Assembly (NCBI GenBank): GCA_050744325.1
Contig: JBOGHK010000007.1
Location: 77-64,076 of the forward strand
Direction of reading: 5' to 3'
DNA: 64,000 nucleotides
Source of the DNA: Acidimicrobiales bacterium
GTDB taxonomy: Bacteria > Actinomycetota > Acidimicrobiia > Acidimicrobiales > VFJN01
Of this stretch, positions 42,777-51,098 are shown one piece after another (position 1 is the first letter of the stretch; each line of letters starts with the position of its first letter). The notes beneath the pieces were generated by a model. The model made no database searches. It saw only the letters and a list, made by a program, of their open reading frames with translations, and had not been told where the DNA came from. Made by a program: the position numbers and the translations under genes.

Positions 42777-43547
42777 GTGCCCCCGGATGATGCCGCCGCG
42801 GCCGGCGACGAGATGACCATCGAGGAGCTGGCCCACCAGGCGCAGGTCGCCACCACCACCGTGCGGATGTACCAGAGCCGGGGCCTGCTGCCCGGCCCGC
42901 GCCGCGACGGGCGCGTCGGCCGCTACGGCGGCGGGCACCTGGCCCGCTTGCGGTTGATCAACCAGCTCCAGGCCAGGGGGTTCTCACTGGCTGCGATCAA
43001 GCAGGTCGTCGACACCTGGGAATCCGGCCGGAGCCTCGACGACCTGCTCGGGTTCGAGCGGAACCTGCCCGGTCTCGGTCTCGTGGCGTCGTCTCGCGAG
43101 CTGCAGGTGCTGGCAGCCGAGCAGTTGGTCGCCCGGTTCCCCGACGGCGCCCTCACGCCCGAGGTCCTGGAGCGCGCCCACCGGATGGGCCTGGTCGAGT
43201 CCCGCGATGACGGTCGGCTGGCGGTGTCCCGCACGTTCCTCGACGTCGGTGCCGAGCTCGCGGCGATGGGCGTGCCCACGAGGCGCCTGCTCGACGAGCA
43301 GCAGGCCCTGGAACAGCTGATGGACGTGGTCGCCGGTCGCTCCGTCGCCGTGTTCCGCGAGCACCTCTGGGGCCTCTCCAGGGGCGACGGGATGTCCGAC
43401 GAGCGGGTCGCCGACGCCGCCGAGTTGCTCGCACGCCTCGGCGACCTGGCGTTGCGGGTGGTCGACGAGTCCCTGCGGGCGGCACTGCGCCGCGCCGCCA
43501 CCGACGTCGTCGCCGAGGAAGCCCGCCGGGTCACTGACCCCCGCTGA
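42777..43547 (+). CDS. MerR-family transcriptional regulator
   Basis: MTIEELAHQAQVATTTVRMYQSRGLLPGPRRDGRVGRYGGGHLARLRLINQLQARGFSLAAIK. Start is GTG 42777 or ATG 42813. Confidence 0.7.
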   Translation: MPPDDAAAAGDEMTIEELAHQAQVATTTVRMYQSRGLLPGPRRDGRVGRYGGGHLARLRLINQLQARGFSLAAIKQVVDTWESGRSLDDLLGFERNLPGLGLVASSRELQVLAAEQLVARFPDGALTPEVLERAHRMGLVESRDDGRLAVSRTFLDVGAELAAMGVPTRRLLDEQQALEQLMDVVAGRSVAVFREHLWGLSRGDGMSDERVADAAELLARLGDLALRVVDESLRAALRRAATDVVAEEARRVTDPR

Positions 43548-43566
43548 GGCAACCCACAACCTGGCG

Positions 43567-44208
43567 TCAGGCCCGGCGCCGCCACGCACCCGGCGCTCGC
43601 CATCCGGCGGCCATCGCCGTAGCGCGCAGGCCGAAGATGGCGATCGCGGCCATGACGCCGACGGCGGGGCTGTAGGCGTCATGGGTGTGCGCGACCGCGA
43701 CGATCAGGGCGCCCAAAGCCGACGGGATCGCGTAGATCTCGCTGTCCCGACGGACGATCAGCGGCACGTCCCGTGCGATGACGTCCCGCAGGAGCCCGCC
43801 GCCGACGCCGGTCGTGACTCCGAGCATGGCTGCGGGGATGGTCGACATCCCGGCCTCACGGGCCAGGAGCGTCCCGTTCACGGTGAACAAGGCCAGGCCA
43901 AGAGCGTCGAAGACCAGGATGGACCGCCCGATGCGGTCGAGGGCGGGGTGCGCGAAGACCGTGATCGCGGCCACGAGGCCGGGCAACAGCAGGTAGTCGA
44001 GGTGCTGGAACGCCGCCGGCGGCGTCGACCCGATCACCAGGTCGCGGACCACGCCGCCGCCAAGAGCTGTGACACCGGCCAGCAGCGCGATGCCGACGAC
44101 GTCGAAGTCCTTCCGCACGGCCAGCATCGAACCCGAGATGGCGAACGCCACGATCCCCACCACCTCGAGGACGTACTCGACCTCGTTCGCGAACTGGGCG
44201 GTGTTCAT
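43567..44208 (-). CDS. TRIC/UPF0126 family membrane channel (YadS/YicG-like)
   Basis: Duplicated glycine-rich helices GVTALGGGVVRDL and GVTTGVGGGLLRDV. Confidence 0.75.
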   Translation of the reverse strand: MNTAQFANEVEYVLEVVGIVAFAISGSMLAVRKDFDVVGIALLAGVTALGGGVVRDLVIGSTPPAAFQHLDYLLLPGLVAAITVFAHPALDRIGRSILVFDALGLALFTVNGTLLAREAGMSTIPAAMLGVTTGVGGGLLRDVIARDVPLIVRRDSEIYAIPSALGALIVAVAHTHDAYSPAVGVMAAIAIFGLRATAMAAGWRAPGAWRRRA

Positions 44209-44248
44209 CGCCGCACAATTCCCCGGAACACCAGCGCGGCAGCGTCGG

Positions 44249-44635
44249 TCAGGTCTCCCCCTGCTGACCGTGCTCCTGGCTGTCGAGTGCCTTCAGCATC
44301 CGCTTGAGGGCGACGTGCCGGTAGGAGGTCTCCACCAGCTCCGCGACCTCGTCCCAGTCAACCGGGGCGGCGGTGAGGTCGAGAGCCAGCCACCCACCGG
44401 GCCCGAAGTACGGGGGCACGGAGAACCGCTCGTCGGCGACCAGCGCCGGCCGCTCGTCGACGTCCGGCTTGAGGATCACCGCATACCGGCCCTCCTCGCT
44501 GCCGGTGAACACCGCGAAGATCTTCTTGCCGGCGCGGAACGTCGGTCGGCCCCAGGCCTCGACCTCGCTGGTCTCGGGCAGCGCCAGACACACCCGTCGC
44601 AGGTCGTCGAGGAACGGGTCGTCCTCGCGGTACAT
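44249..44635 (-). CDS. MmcQ/YjbR family protein
   Basis: ATG 44635 (MYREDDPFLDDLRRVCLALPETSEVEAWGRPTFRAGKKIFAVF). Confidence 0.65.
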   Translation of the reverse strand: MYREDDPFLDDLRRVCLALPETSEVEAWGRPTFRAGKKIFAVFTGSEEGRYAVILKPDVDERPALVADERFSVPPYFGPGGWLALDLTAAPVDWDEVAELVETSYRHVALKRMLKALDSQEHGQQGET

Positions 44636-44661
44636 CCGGGGGTGGGCCACGGCGCAGGTCC

Positions 44662-45741
44662 TCAGCGCTTGGTGGAGAAGCGGCTGCGGCGCTCGTGGCG
44701 CTCGACCGCCAAGCGCACGAGCTCGTCGATCAGCGCGGGGTAGGGGAGACCGCTGGCCTCCCACAGCTTGGGGTACATCGAGATCGGCGTGAAGCCGGGG
44801 ATGGTGTTCAGCTCGTTGACCAGGAAGCCCCGGCCGCTCTCCTCGAAGAAGAAGTCGACCCGTGCCATGCCGTCACAGCGGAGGGCGGCGAACGCGGCCA
44901 CCGCAAGCCCGCGGACGCGGTCGGCGGCCGTGGTATCGAGCGGCGCGGGGACCAGCAGCTGGCTGGTGCCGTCGAGGTACTTGTCGTCGTAGTCGTAGAA
45001 CTCGTGGCTGGGCACGATCTCGCCGGGCACGGACGCTCTTGGCTCGGCGTTGCCCAGCACCGCCACCTCGATCTCGCGGCCCTGCACCCCTTCCTCGATC
45101 ACGACCCACTCGTCGTACTGGGCGGCCAGGATGCCGGCTTCGGCCAAGCCCTCCGGCGCAGCGACCTTGCTGACCCCGACCGAGGAGCCCAGGTTCGCGG
45201 GCTTGACGAACACCGGATAGGCCAATCCCTCGGTGGCCACTGCGACCTCCGCGCCGTCGAGGTCGTGGTCGCGCAGCGCCAGCCACGGCGTCTGTGGCAG
45301 GCCGTGAGACTCGAGGATCCGTTTCGCGGCCACCTTGTCCATGCAGAGCGCCGAGGAGAGGACTCCGGACCCGACGTAAGGCACGTCGGCCAGCTCGAGC
45401 ATGCCCTGGACGGTGCCGTCCTCGCCGCGTGGGCCGTGCAGCAGCGGCAACACCACCACCGGCAGGTCGGCCTGGGCCGGGGTCACCGCCGGGAGCGGGT
45501 CGACCTCGGTGCCGGCGGCCTCGAGGGCGCGGGGGAGCGCTGCAGCACCACGGGCCAGCTCGACCATCGCGTCGTCGGCCTGAACCCAGGTGCCCTCACG
45601 GGTGATGCCGATCGGCACGATGTCGTAGCGGTCCGGGTCGGCAGCCCGCAGGACGTGGGTGGCGGTCGTGCACGACACCTCGTGTTCCGCTGACTGACCA
45701 CCGAACAGGACGACGAGACGGACACGTTCGGGCAAAGCCAT
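44662..45741 (-). CDS. ddl: D-alanine--D-alanine ligase
   Basis: ATG 45741 (RVRLVVLFGGQSAEHEVS). PVFVKPANLGSSVG, EFYDYDDKYL and ARVDFF..NELNTIPGFT. Confidence 0.9.
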   Translation of the reverse strand: MALPERVRLVVLFGGQSAEHEVSCTTATHVLRAADPDRYDIVPIGITREGTWVQADDAMVELARGAAALPRALEAAGTEVDPLPAVTPAQADLPVVVLPLLHGPRGEDGTVQGMLELADVPYVGSGVLSSALCMDKVAAKRILESHGLPQTPWLALRDHDLDGAEVAVATEGLAYPVFVKPANLGSSVGVSKVAAPEGLAEAGILAAQYDEWVVIEEGVQGREIEVAVLGNAEPRASVPGEIVPSHEFYDYDDKYLDGTSQLLVPAPLDTTAADRVRGLAVAAFAALRCDGMARVDFFFEESGRGFLVNELNTIPGFTPISMYPKLWEASGLPYPALIDELVRLAVERHERRSRFSTKR

Positions 45742-45895
45742 GGCGGCCGAGAGTATCGGCAGTCGCACGGGCCATGTCCCAGACCCGGACGAACCGACCC
45801 GTTCCGGCGTTCGTCTGCCGCAGTGCTCGCGCGCTCGGACGCCGGCCGCACGATTCGTGTCCGGAGCAGCAGGGCGTTCGCGCGAGGATGCGGCC

Positions 45896-47206
45896 GTGGA
45901 GCTTCGTCTCAGCGAGGTCGCGCGGGCGGCCGGAGGCCGACTCGACGGTCCGGATGCGACCGTGTCGGGCGCGAACATCGATTCCCGGTCCACCACCCCT
46001 GGTCAGATGTTCGTGCCCGTGGTGGCCGAACGTGACGGCCACGACTTCGTCGGCGCCGCCCTCGCGGCGGGGGCCGCCGGCTACCTGACCTCCCGCCCGC
46101 CAGTGGGCGGCTCGGCGGTCGTCGTCCCCGACACTGTCGCAGCGCTCGGGGCGCTGGGTCGTCACGTCCGCGGCGCGCTGGACGCCCAAGTGGTCGGGGT
46201 GACCGGCTCGGTGGGCAAGACCAGCGTCAAGGACCTGCTCGCTGCGGCGCTCGCGGCCCGCTGGCGCACCGCGGCGAGCGTGCGGTCGTTCAACAACGAG
46301 CTCGGCGTGCCGCTGACCCTGCTCAACGCACCGCGGGACACCGAAGCCCTGGTGGTCGAGATGGGCGCCCGCGGCGTCGGGCACATCAAGTCCCTGTGCG
46401 AGATCGCTGCCCCGACCATCGGGCTGGTCACCCGGGTGGCTGCGGCACACACCGAGGTCTTCGGCACCATCGACGACGTCGCCACCGCCAAGGGCGAGCT
46501 GGTCGAGTCCCTGCCCGCCACCGGAGTCGCGGTGCTCAACGCCGGTGATCCCCGGGTCGCGGCGATGGCCGGTCGCACGTCGGCCCGGGTGGTCCACTTC
46601 GGCGACGGCGGGGACGTCCGTGCCGAGAACGTCGTGTTGGACGACGAGCTGCGCCCCGCGTTCCGTCTGGTCTCCCCATGGGGCACGACGGCGTTGCGGC
46701 TCGGGGTGCGGGGCGCCCACATGGTCGACAACGCGGTGGCCGCGGCCGCCGCGGCGCTGTCCTGCGACGTTCCGCTGGAGGTCTTACCGGAGGCCCTGGC
46801 CAGGGCGGTCCTGTCCCCGTGGCGCATGGAGCTGCTGCGGGCCCCCGCCGGGGGTGTGGTGCTCAACGACGCCTACAACGCCAATCCGACGTCGATGGCC
46901 GCGGCGCTCCGGGCGCTGGCTGCGCTTCCGGCCCGGCGGCGGGTCGCGGTGCTCGGAGCGATGGCTGAGCTGGGGATCGACAGCGACGACCAGCATCGGG
47001 CCGTCGGCAAGCTGGCCCGAGAGCTGGGCCTGGAGGTCGTCGCCGTCGCCGTCCCGGCCTACGGCGGCCAGCTCGTCGCCGACCCCGACCCCGACGCGGC
47101 CGCCGTGGCGGTGGGCGAGGTGGCGGACGGCGTCGCCGTCCTGGTCAAGGCCAGCCGGGTGGCCGGCCTCGAACGCCTCGTCGACCGGCTACTCGACCCG
47201 AGGTGA
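45896..47206 (+). CDS. murF: UDP-MurNAc-tripeptide--D-alanyl-D-alanine ligase
   Basis: GTG 45896 (LSEVARAAGGRLDG). Mur ligase P-loop GVTGSVGKTSVKDLL. NDAYNANPTSM. Confidence 0.8.
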   Translation: MELRLSEVARAAGGRLDGPDATVSGANIDSRSTTPGQMFVPVVAERDGHDFVGAALAAGAAGYLTSRPPVGGSAVVVPDTVAALGALGRHVRGALDAQVVGVTGSVGKTSVKDLLAAALAARWRTAASVRSFNNELGVPLTLLNAPRDTEALVVEMGARGVGHIKSLCEIAAPTIGLVTRVAAAHTEVFGTIDDVATAKGELVESLPATGVAVLNAGDPRVAAMAGRTSARVVHFGDGGDVRAENVVLDDELRPAFRLVSPWGTTALRLGVRGAHMVDNAVAAAAAALSCDVPLEVLPEALARAVLSPWRMELLRAPAGGVVLNDAYNANPTSMAAALRALAALPARRRVAVLGAMAELGIDSDDQHRAVGKLARELGLEVVAVAVPAYGGQLVADPDPDAAAVAVGEVADGVAVLVKASRVAGLERLVDRLLDPR

Positions 47207-47222
47207 TGGCGCACGATCTTCC

Positions 47223-47270
47223 GCGCCTGAGGTCAGCCTGGCCACAGGCGCGCACCATGACCTCAGGCGC
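47223..47270. terminator. Stem-loop with 13-bp perfect stem downstream of murF
   Basis: GCGCCTGAGGTCA (47223-47235) pairs with TGACCTCAGGCGC (47258-47270). Confidence 0.65.
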
Positions 47271-47339
47271 CCACCTGGTCTGCGCCTCGAGCCAAGCGTG
47301 GCGTCGAGATCCGCTGAACCGGGGTTATGGTCAGGCCCG

Positions 47340-48074
47340 ATGTGTGGACGCTTCGTCTCTGCCTCGCCGCCCGACGAGATCGCCCGGTACTTCGACGCCG
47401 ACGAGACCGCCCTCCCCGAGCTCGAGCCCTCCTACAACGTGGCGCCGACCAACGACGTCTACGCGGTGGCCGTCGACGGCGGCATCCGCAAGGTCGAGGC
47501 CTTCCACTGGGGTCTCGTGCCCAGCTGGGCCAAGGACCCCAAGATCGGCTCGAAGATGATCAACGCCCGCTCCGAGGGCATCGCCACCAAGAACGCCTAC
47601 CGGGCGGCGATCAAGCGGCGACGCTGCATCATCCCGGCCGACGGCTTCTACGAGTGGCAGAAGGTGCCCGACGCCAAGCGCAAGCAGCCGCACTACATCC
47701 ACCGTCCGGGCGGCGAGCCGCTGGCGTTCGCGGGCTTGTGGGAAGTGTGGCGGGGGCCCGACAAGGACAAGGACAAGGACAGTGACGAGCCGCCCCTGCG
47801 GTCGTGCACGATCATCACCACGTCCGCCAACGAGACCATGGCGCCGCTGCACGACCGCATGCCGGTGATCCTGCCGCCCTCCGCATGGGACGAGTGGCTC
47901 GACCCCGCCAACGACGACCTCGACACGCTGGGCAAGCTGCTGGTGCCCGCGCCGGTCGGGGTGATCACCACCCATCCGGTGTCGACCGAGGTCAACTCGG
48001 TGCGCAACAAGGGCGCCGAGCTCATCACCGAGGTCGACCCGGCCAACCCGACCCTGCCCGAGCCCGAGATCTGA
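47340..48074 (+). CDS. SOS response-associated peptidase (SRAP/YedK)
   Basis: N-terminal MCGRF (catalytic Cys2). YNVAPT, HWGLVPSW and PADGFYEW. Confidence 0.85.
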   Translation: MCGRFVSASPPDEIARYFDADETALPELEPSYNVAPTNDVYAVAVDGGIRKVEAFHWGLVPSWAKDPKIGSKMINARSEGIATKNAYRAAIKRRRCIIPADGFYEWQKVPDAKRKQPHYIHRPGGEPLAFAGLWEVWRGPDKDKDKDSDEPPLRSCTIITTSANETMAPLHDRMPVILPPSAWDEWLDPANDDLDTLGKLLVPAPVGVITTHPVSTEVNSVRNKGAELITEVDPANPTLPEPEI

Positions 48075-48083
48075 CCCTCCGAC

Positions 48084-49844
48084 TCAGCTGCCCCCGGCCT
48101 CCAGATGCCAGATGAGCAGGTACGGGGTGTCGAGGAAGGCTTGCCGGGTCGCATCCGGATAGACGGCGTGGCTTGGCAGCGACGCCAGCACGGTCTCGGT
48201 GATCAGCGGCTCGATGCAGTCACGGACCACGAGTCCGGCAGCCCGGAAGGCAGCCAGGTATGCGCTCACCTGATGGGTGAGGTTGACCACGTACGGGATG
48301 GCGCTCACCTTCTCGGGGAAGCCTGCGATTCCCGTCAACATCGTCATCGCCGGATGCATGTCCGACAGCACCACCCGACCCCCTGGCCGGACGACGCGGG
48401 CGAACTCGCGTATGACCGGCCCCAGGTCCGCGACGTGGGTCAAGGCCAGGGCGCACGTCACCAGGTCGACGCTGGCGTCCTCCAGCGGGAGGTCCTGGAG
48501 CCGACCGGGGCGGAAGTCGGCCTCGGGCACCTTGACCCGCGCGACGTCGAGCATGGCCTCGGTGCTGTCGACGCCGACGACCCGGTGGCCCAACTCGACG
48601 AGCTTGGCGGCATGGCGGCCCGTGCCACACGCGGCGTCGAGCGCCGCACCCGAGGGGAGCCCGGCCAGCAGCCCGTGCACCACGGGCTCCTCGGCCCTGA
48701 TCGCCGGGTTGGGACCGTCGTAGCGGGGTGCCCAGCGGGTGTAGCCCTCGGCCACGTCGTGCTCGGTCATCTCGATGGCCAGCGAGTTCGGGAACTCGTC
48801 GAAGTGGGCCACGATCCCTTCGATCTCCTGCACCCGGGGCTTCACGACCGACGGACGGGTGACGCAGTGGCGGATCATGGCCAGCCCCTGCACCCCCAGG
48901 AAGTACTCGCCGGCCAACAATGTCTCGGTCCGCGGCGCCATGCGCCGGAGGCTAGAGCTTGAGATGGCCGGGGCATCGGATGTGTCAGGTTCCTCCGGGG
49001 CTTCAGGGTTGTCGGAGGTGGCGCCGCTCCCCGCGCTGTCGGCGTCGGGCGTCCCGGAGCTGTCCATGACCTGGGCAGGGTACTGGCGGACCAGGAGGCA
49101 GCCGCCGAGCGCGCCCAGGGCGACGGACCAGGTGAACAGCATCGTGCCTTGCGCCATTGTCTCCGGTCCCCAGACGCGGGCCGCCGCACCCACGCCCACG
49201 ACCGCCCCGGTCAGCGTCGAGCCGGCCAGCACGACGCGCTCGTCCCGGGTCGATGGCGGCAGCTGGGGCCGGGGCCGGCCGTTCCGCGCCCGGCGCCAGG
49301 CGCCGAGCCCGAAGCACACCGGAACCAACAGCGCGCCGCCGTAGTTGCCGAACGCGTGCACGACGTCGTACCAGTAGGTCGGGCGCCCGGGGTTCGGCAA
49401 CGATACCGGCGCCGGGTCGACCAACACCGGGAACAGGTCGACCGCCCATGCCTCGGGGTGGGTGAACCCGTCGAAGACCACATGGGTCAGTGCCCCGAGC
49501 ATCGCCGAGACCGCCGTCGCCCACCAGCCCGGTCGGTCGCTCGCCGCCCAGGCGAGGTCGCGCAGGCGCAGCGGCCCGACGTCCGGAAGCTGCGTCGCCA
49601 GGGTGGACGCCATGAGCCGCCGGAACACCCAGGTGGCCACGACGCTCACCGGCACCGACCACACGATCAGACCGACCAGCGTGTGGCTGCTGGCGTCGAA
49701 GTCCCAGCGGGTGCGGTCCAGCGCGTAGGGCAGGTCGGGGGCCAGCGTGCCGATCAGGTACGCGACCGCGTCGAGGCGCTGGCGGCGCCCGACGACCAGC
49801 GCCGGCGCCGCGAGACCCTGATGCGAGACGAGAGGAAACGGCAC
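48084..49844 (-). CDS. DUF4184-like membrane domain fused to a class I SAM-dependent methyltransferase
   Basis: N-terminal FPLVSHQG..THVVFDGFTHPE with several TM helices. Acidic S/D/P linker. C-terminal LDAACGTGRHAAKLVELGHRVVGVDSTEAML..VDLVTCALALTHV. Confidence 0.7.
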   Translation of the reverse strand: MPFPLVSHQGLAAPALVVGRRQRLDAVAYLIGTLAPDLPYALDRTRWDFDASSHTLVGLIVWSVPVSVVATWVFRRLMASTLATQLPDVGPLRLRDLAWAASDRPGWWATAVSAMLGALTHVVFDGFTHPEAWAVDLFPVLVDPAPVSLPNPGRPTYWYDVVHAFGNYGGALLVPVCFGLGAWRRARNGRPRPQLPPSTRDERVVLAGSTLTGAVVGVGAAARVWGPETMAQGTMLFTWSVALGALGGCLLVRQYPAQVMDSSGTPDADSAGSGATSDNPEAPEEPDTSDAPAISSSSLRRMAPRTETLLAGEYFLGVQGLAMIRHCVTRPSVVKPRVQEIEGIVAHFDEFPNSLAIEMTEHDVAEGYTRWAPRYDGPNPAIRAEEPVVHGLLAGLPSGAALDAACGTGRHAAKLVELGHRVVGVDSTEAMLDVARVKVPEADFRPGRLQDLPLEDASVDLVTCALALTHVADLGPVIREFARVVRPGGRVVLSDMHPAMTMLTGIAGFPEKVSAIPYVVNLTHQVSAYLAAFRAAGLVVRDCIEPLITETVLASLPSHAVYPDATRQAFLDTPYLLIWHLEAGGS

Positions 49845-49856
49845 GCAATCCGCCTT

Positions 49857-49884
49857 GTTGCCGTCGTGTTGCCGTCGTGTTGCC
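49857..49884. repeat. 11-bp tandem repeat GTTGCCGTCGT, about 2.5 copies
   Basis: Intergenic, immediately upstream (minus sense) of the 49844 GTG start. Confidence 0.7.
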
Positions 49885-49917
49885 CGGACGACCGCTGGGG
49901 AGCGGCTGGACGTCAGG

Positions 49918-50346
49918 CTACGCGTCGGGGACGGTGGCGCCGTGGCCGAGCTCGCGCAGCGCCGTGCGCAGACGGTCGGCGGCGTCGTCGAGGACAGCCG
50001 GGTCGGGATCGTGGTCGGCTCGCGCGAACGACAGGTCCGACTCGCGGTCGATCGGCAGGACGTGGAGGTGGCAGTGGGGCACCTCGAGGCCCGCGACGAT
50101 CATCCCGACCCGCACCGGGCGGAACGCCGTCATCTGGGCTTGGCCGATCCGTTGGGCCACCAGCATCAGATGTTCAGCCAGGCGAGCGTCGAGATCCACC
50201 CAGTGGTCGACCTCGGCCCGCGGTACCACCAGCGTGTGCCCGGTGGTGATCGGAGCGATGGTCAGGAACCCGACGGCCTGGTCGTCGCGCCAGACGAACC
50301 GGCCCGGGATCTCGCCGTCGATGATGCGGGTGAACAACGTCGCCAT
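49918..50346 (-). CDS. HIT family hydrolase
   Basis: Histidine triad VPHCHLHVLP. N-terminus FTRIIDGEIPG. Confidence 0.85.
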   Translation of the reverse strand: MATLFTRIIDGEIPGRFVWRDDQAVGFLTIAPITTGHTLVVPRAEVDHWVDLDARLAEHLMLVAQRIGQAQMTAFRPVRVGMIVAGLEVPHCHLHVLPIDRESDLSFARADHDPDPAVLDDAADRLRTALRELGHGATVPDA

Positions 50347-50361
50347 GGGGGACGACCCTAA

Positions 50362-50380
50362 TTACGGCCAGGAGCCGTAA
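50362..50380. promoter_or_regulatory. Inverted repeat TTACGGC-N5-GCCGTAA in a 45-bp divergent intergenic region
   Basis: Lies between the HIT start (50346) and the CDP-alcohol transferase start (50392). AT-richer than its surroundings. Confidence 0.35.
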
Positions 50381-50391
50381 CCTCGCACCTC

Positions 50392-51003
50392 ATGGAGGAG
50401 GGGCCGACCACCGCGCTCGCCGGGCCTTCGCTCACGCGGATCGTCACCCTTCCCAACCTGATCACCTTGGTCCGACTGGCGTGCCTGCCGTTGTTCCTGT
50501 GGCTGCTGTTCGGCCGTGAGGACCGCGCTGCCGCCGGGTGGCTGTTGGCCGGGCTGGGCATCACCGACTGGATCGACGGCTACCTCGCCCGGCGCCTCGG
50601 CCAGACCTCCGAGCTGGGCAAGATCCTCGACCCCGTCGCCGACCGACTGCTGTTCCTGGTCGGTGCTGGTGGCATCCTCGTGGACGGGTCGGTCCCGACC
50701 TGGTTCGCCGTGATCGTGCTGACCCGCGAAGCCCTGGTCGGGGGCACCACGGTGGTGCTCGCACTGCTCGGTGCGCGGCGCATCGACGTCACCTGGTGGG
50801 GCAAGGCGGGCACCTTCGGCCTGATGGTCGCGTTTCCCCTGTTCCTCGCCGCCCACGCCGACCTGTCATGGTCGGGCGTGGCGGACGAGCTGGCCTGGAT
50901 CGCCGGGATTCCGGGCCTGGCCCTGAGCCTCTACGCCGCGGTTCGCTACGTGCCGCTCGCCCGCCGGGCTCTCGGGGAAGGTCGCACTGCGCGCTCTACG
51001 TAG
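50392..51003 (+). CDS. CDP-alcohol phosphatidyltransferase family protein
   Basis: DWIDGYLARRLGQTSELGKILDPVADRL, i.e. the D-x2-DG-x2-AR...G-x3-D-x3-D motif. Confidence 0.8.
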   Translation: MEEGPTTALAGPSLTRIVTLPNLITLVRLACLPLFLWLLFGREDRAAAGWLLAGLGITDWIDGYLARRLGQTSELGKILDPVADRLLFLVGAGGILVDGSVPTWFAVIVLTREALVGGTTVVLALLGARRIDVTWWGKAGTFGLMVAFPLFLAAHADLSWSGVADELAWIAGIPGLALSLYAAVRYVPLARRALGEGRTARST

Positions 51004-51008
51004 GTGGG

Positions 51009-51058
51009 GTCACCGCCCGTGCACGTGGCGGCGCGGTTTCGACGCCACCGTCGGTGAC
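51009..51058. terminator. Two-tier stem-loop after the CDP-alcohol transferase gene
   Basis: GTCACCG/CGGTGAC outer stem and GTGGCG/CGCCAC inner stem. No U-tract. Confidence 0.35.
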
Positions 51059-51098
51059 AGCGAAGCCACGCCGCCGGGGGCAGATAACGTCAGGCCCC

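Noticed and set aside
44662-47206. Glycopeptide-resistance-type ddl/murF pair (D-Ala-D-Lac)
   Set aside because: The Ddl keeps the FYDYDDKY loop typical of D-Ala-D-Ala ligases. No vanH/vanX/vanRS-like genes are adjacent.
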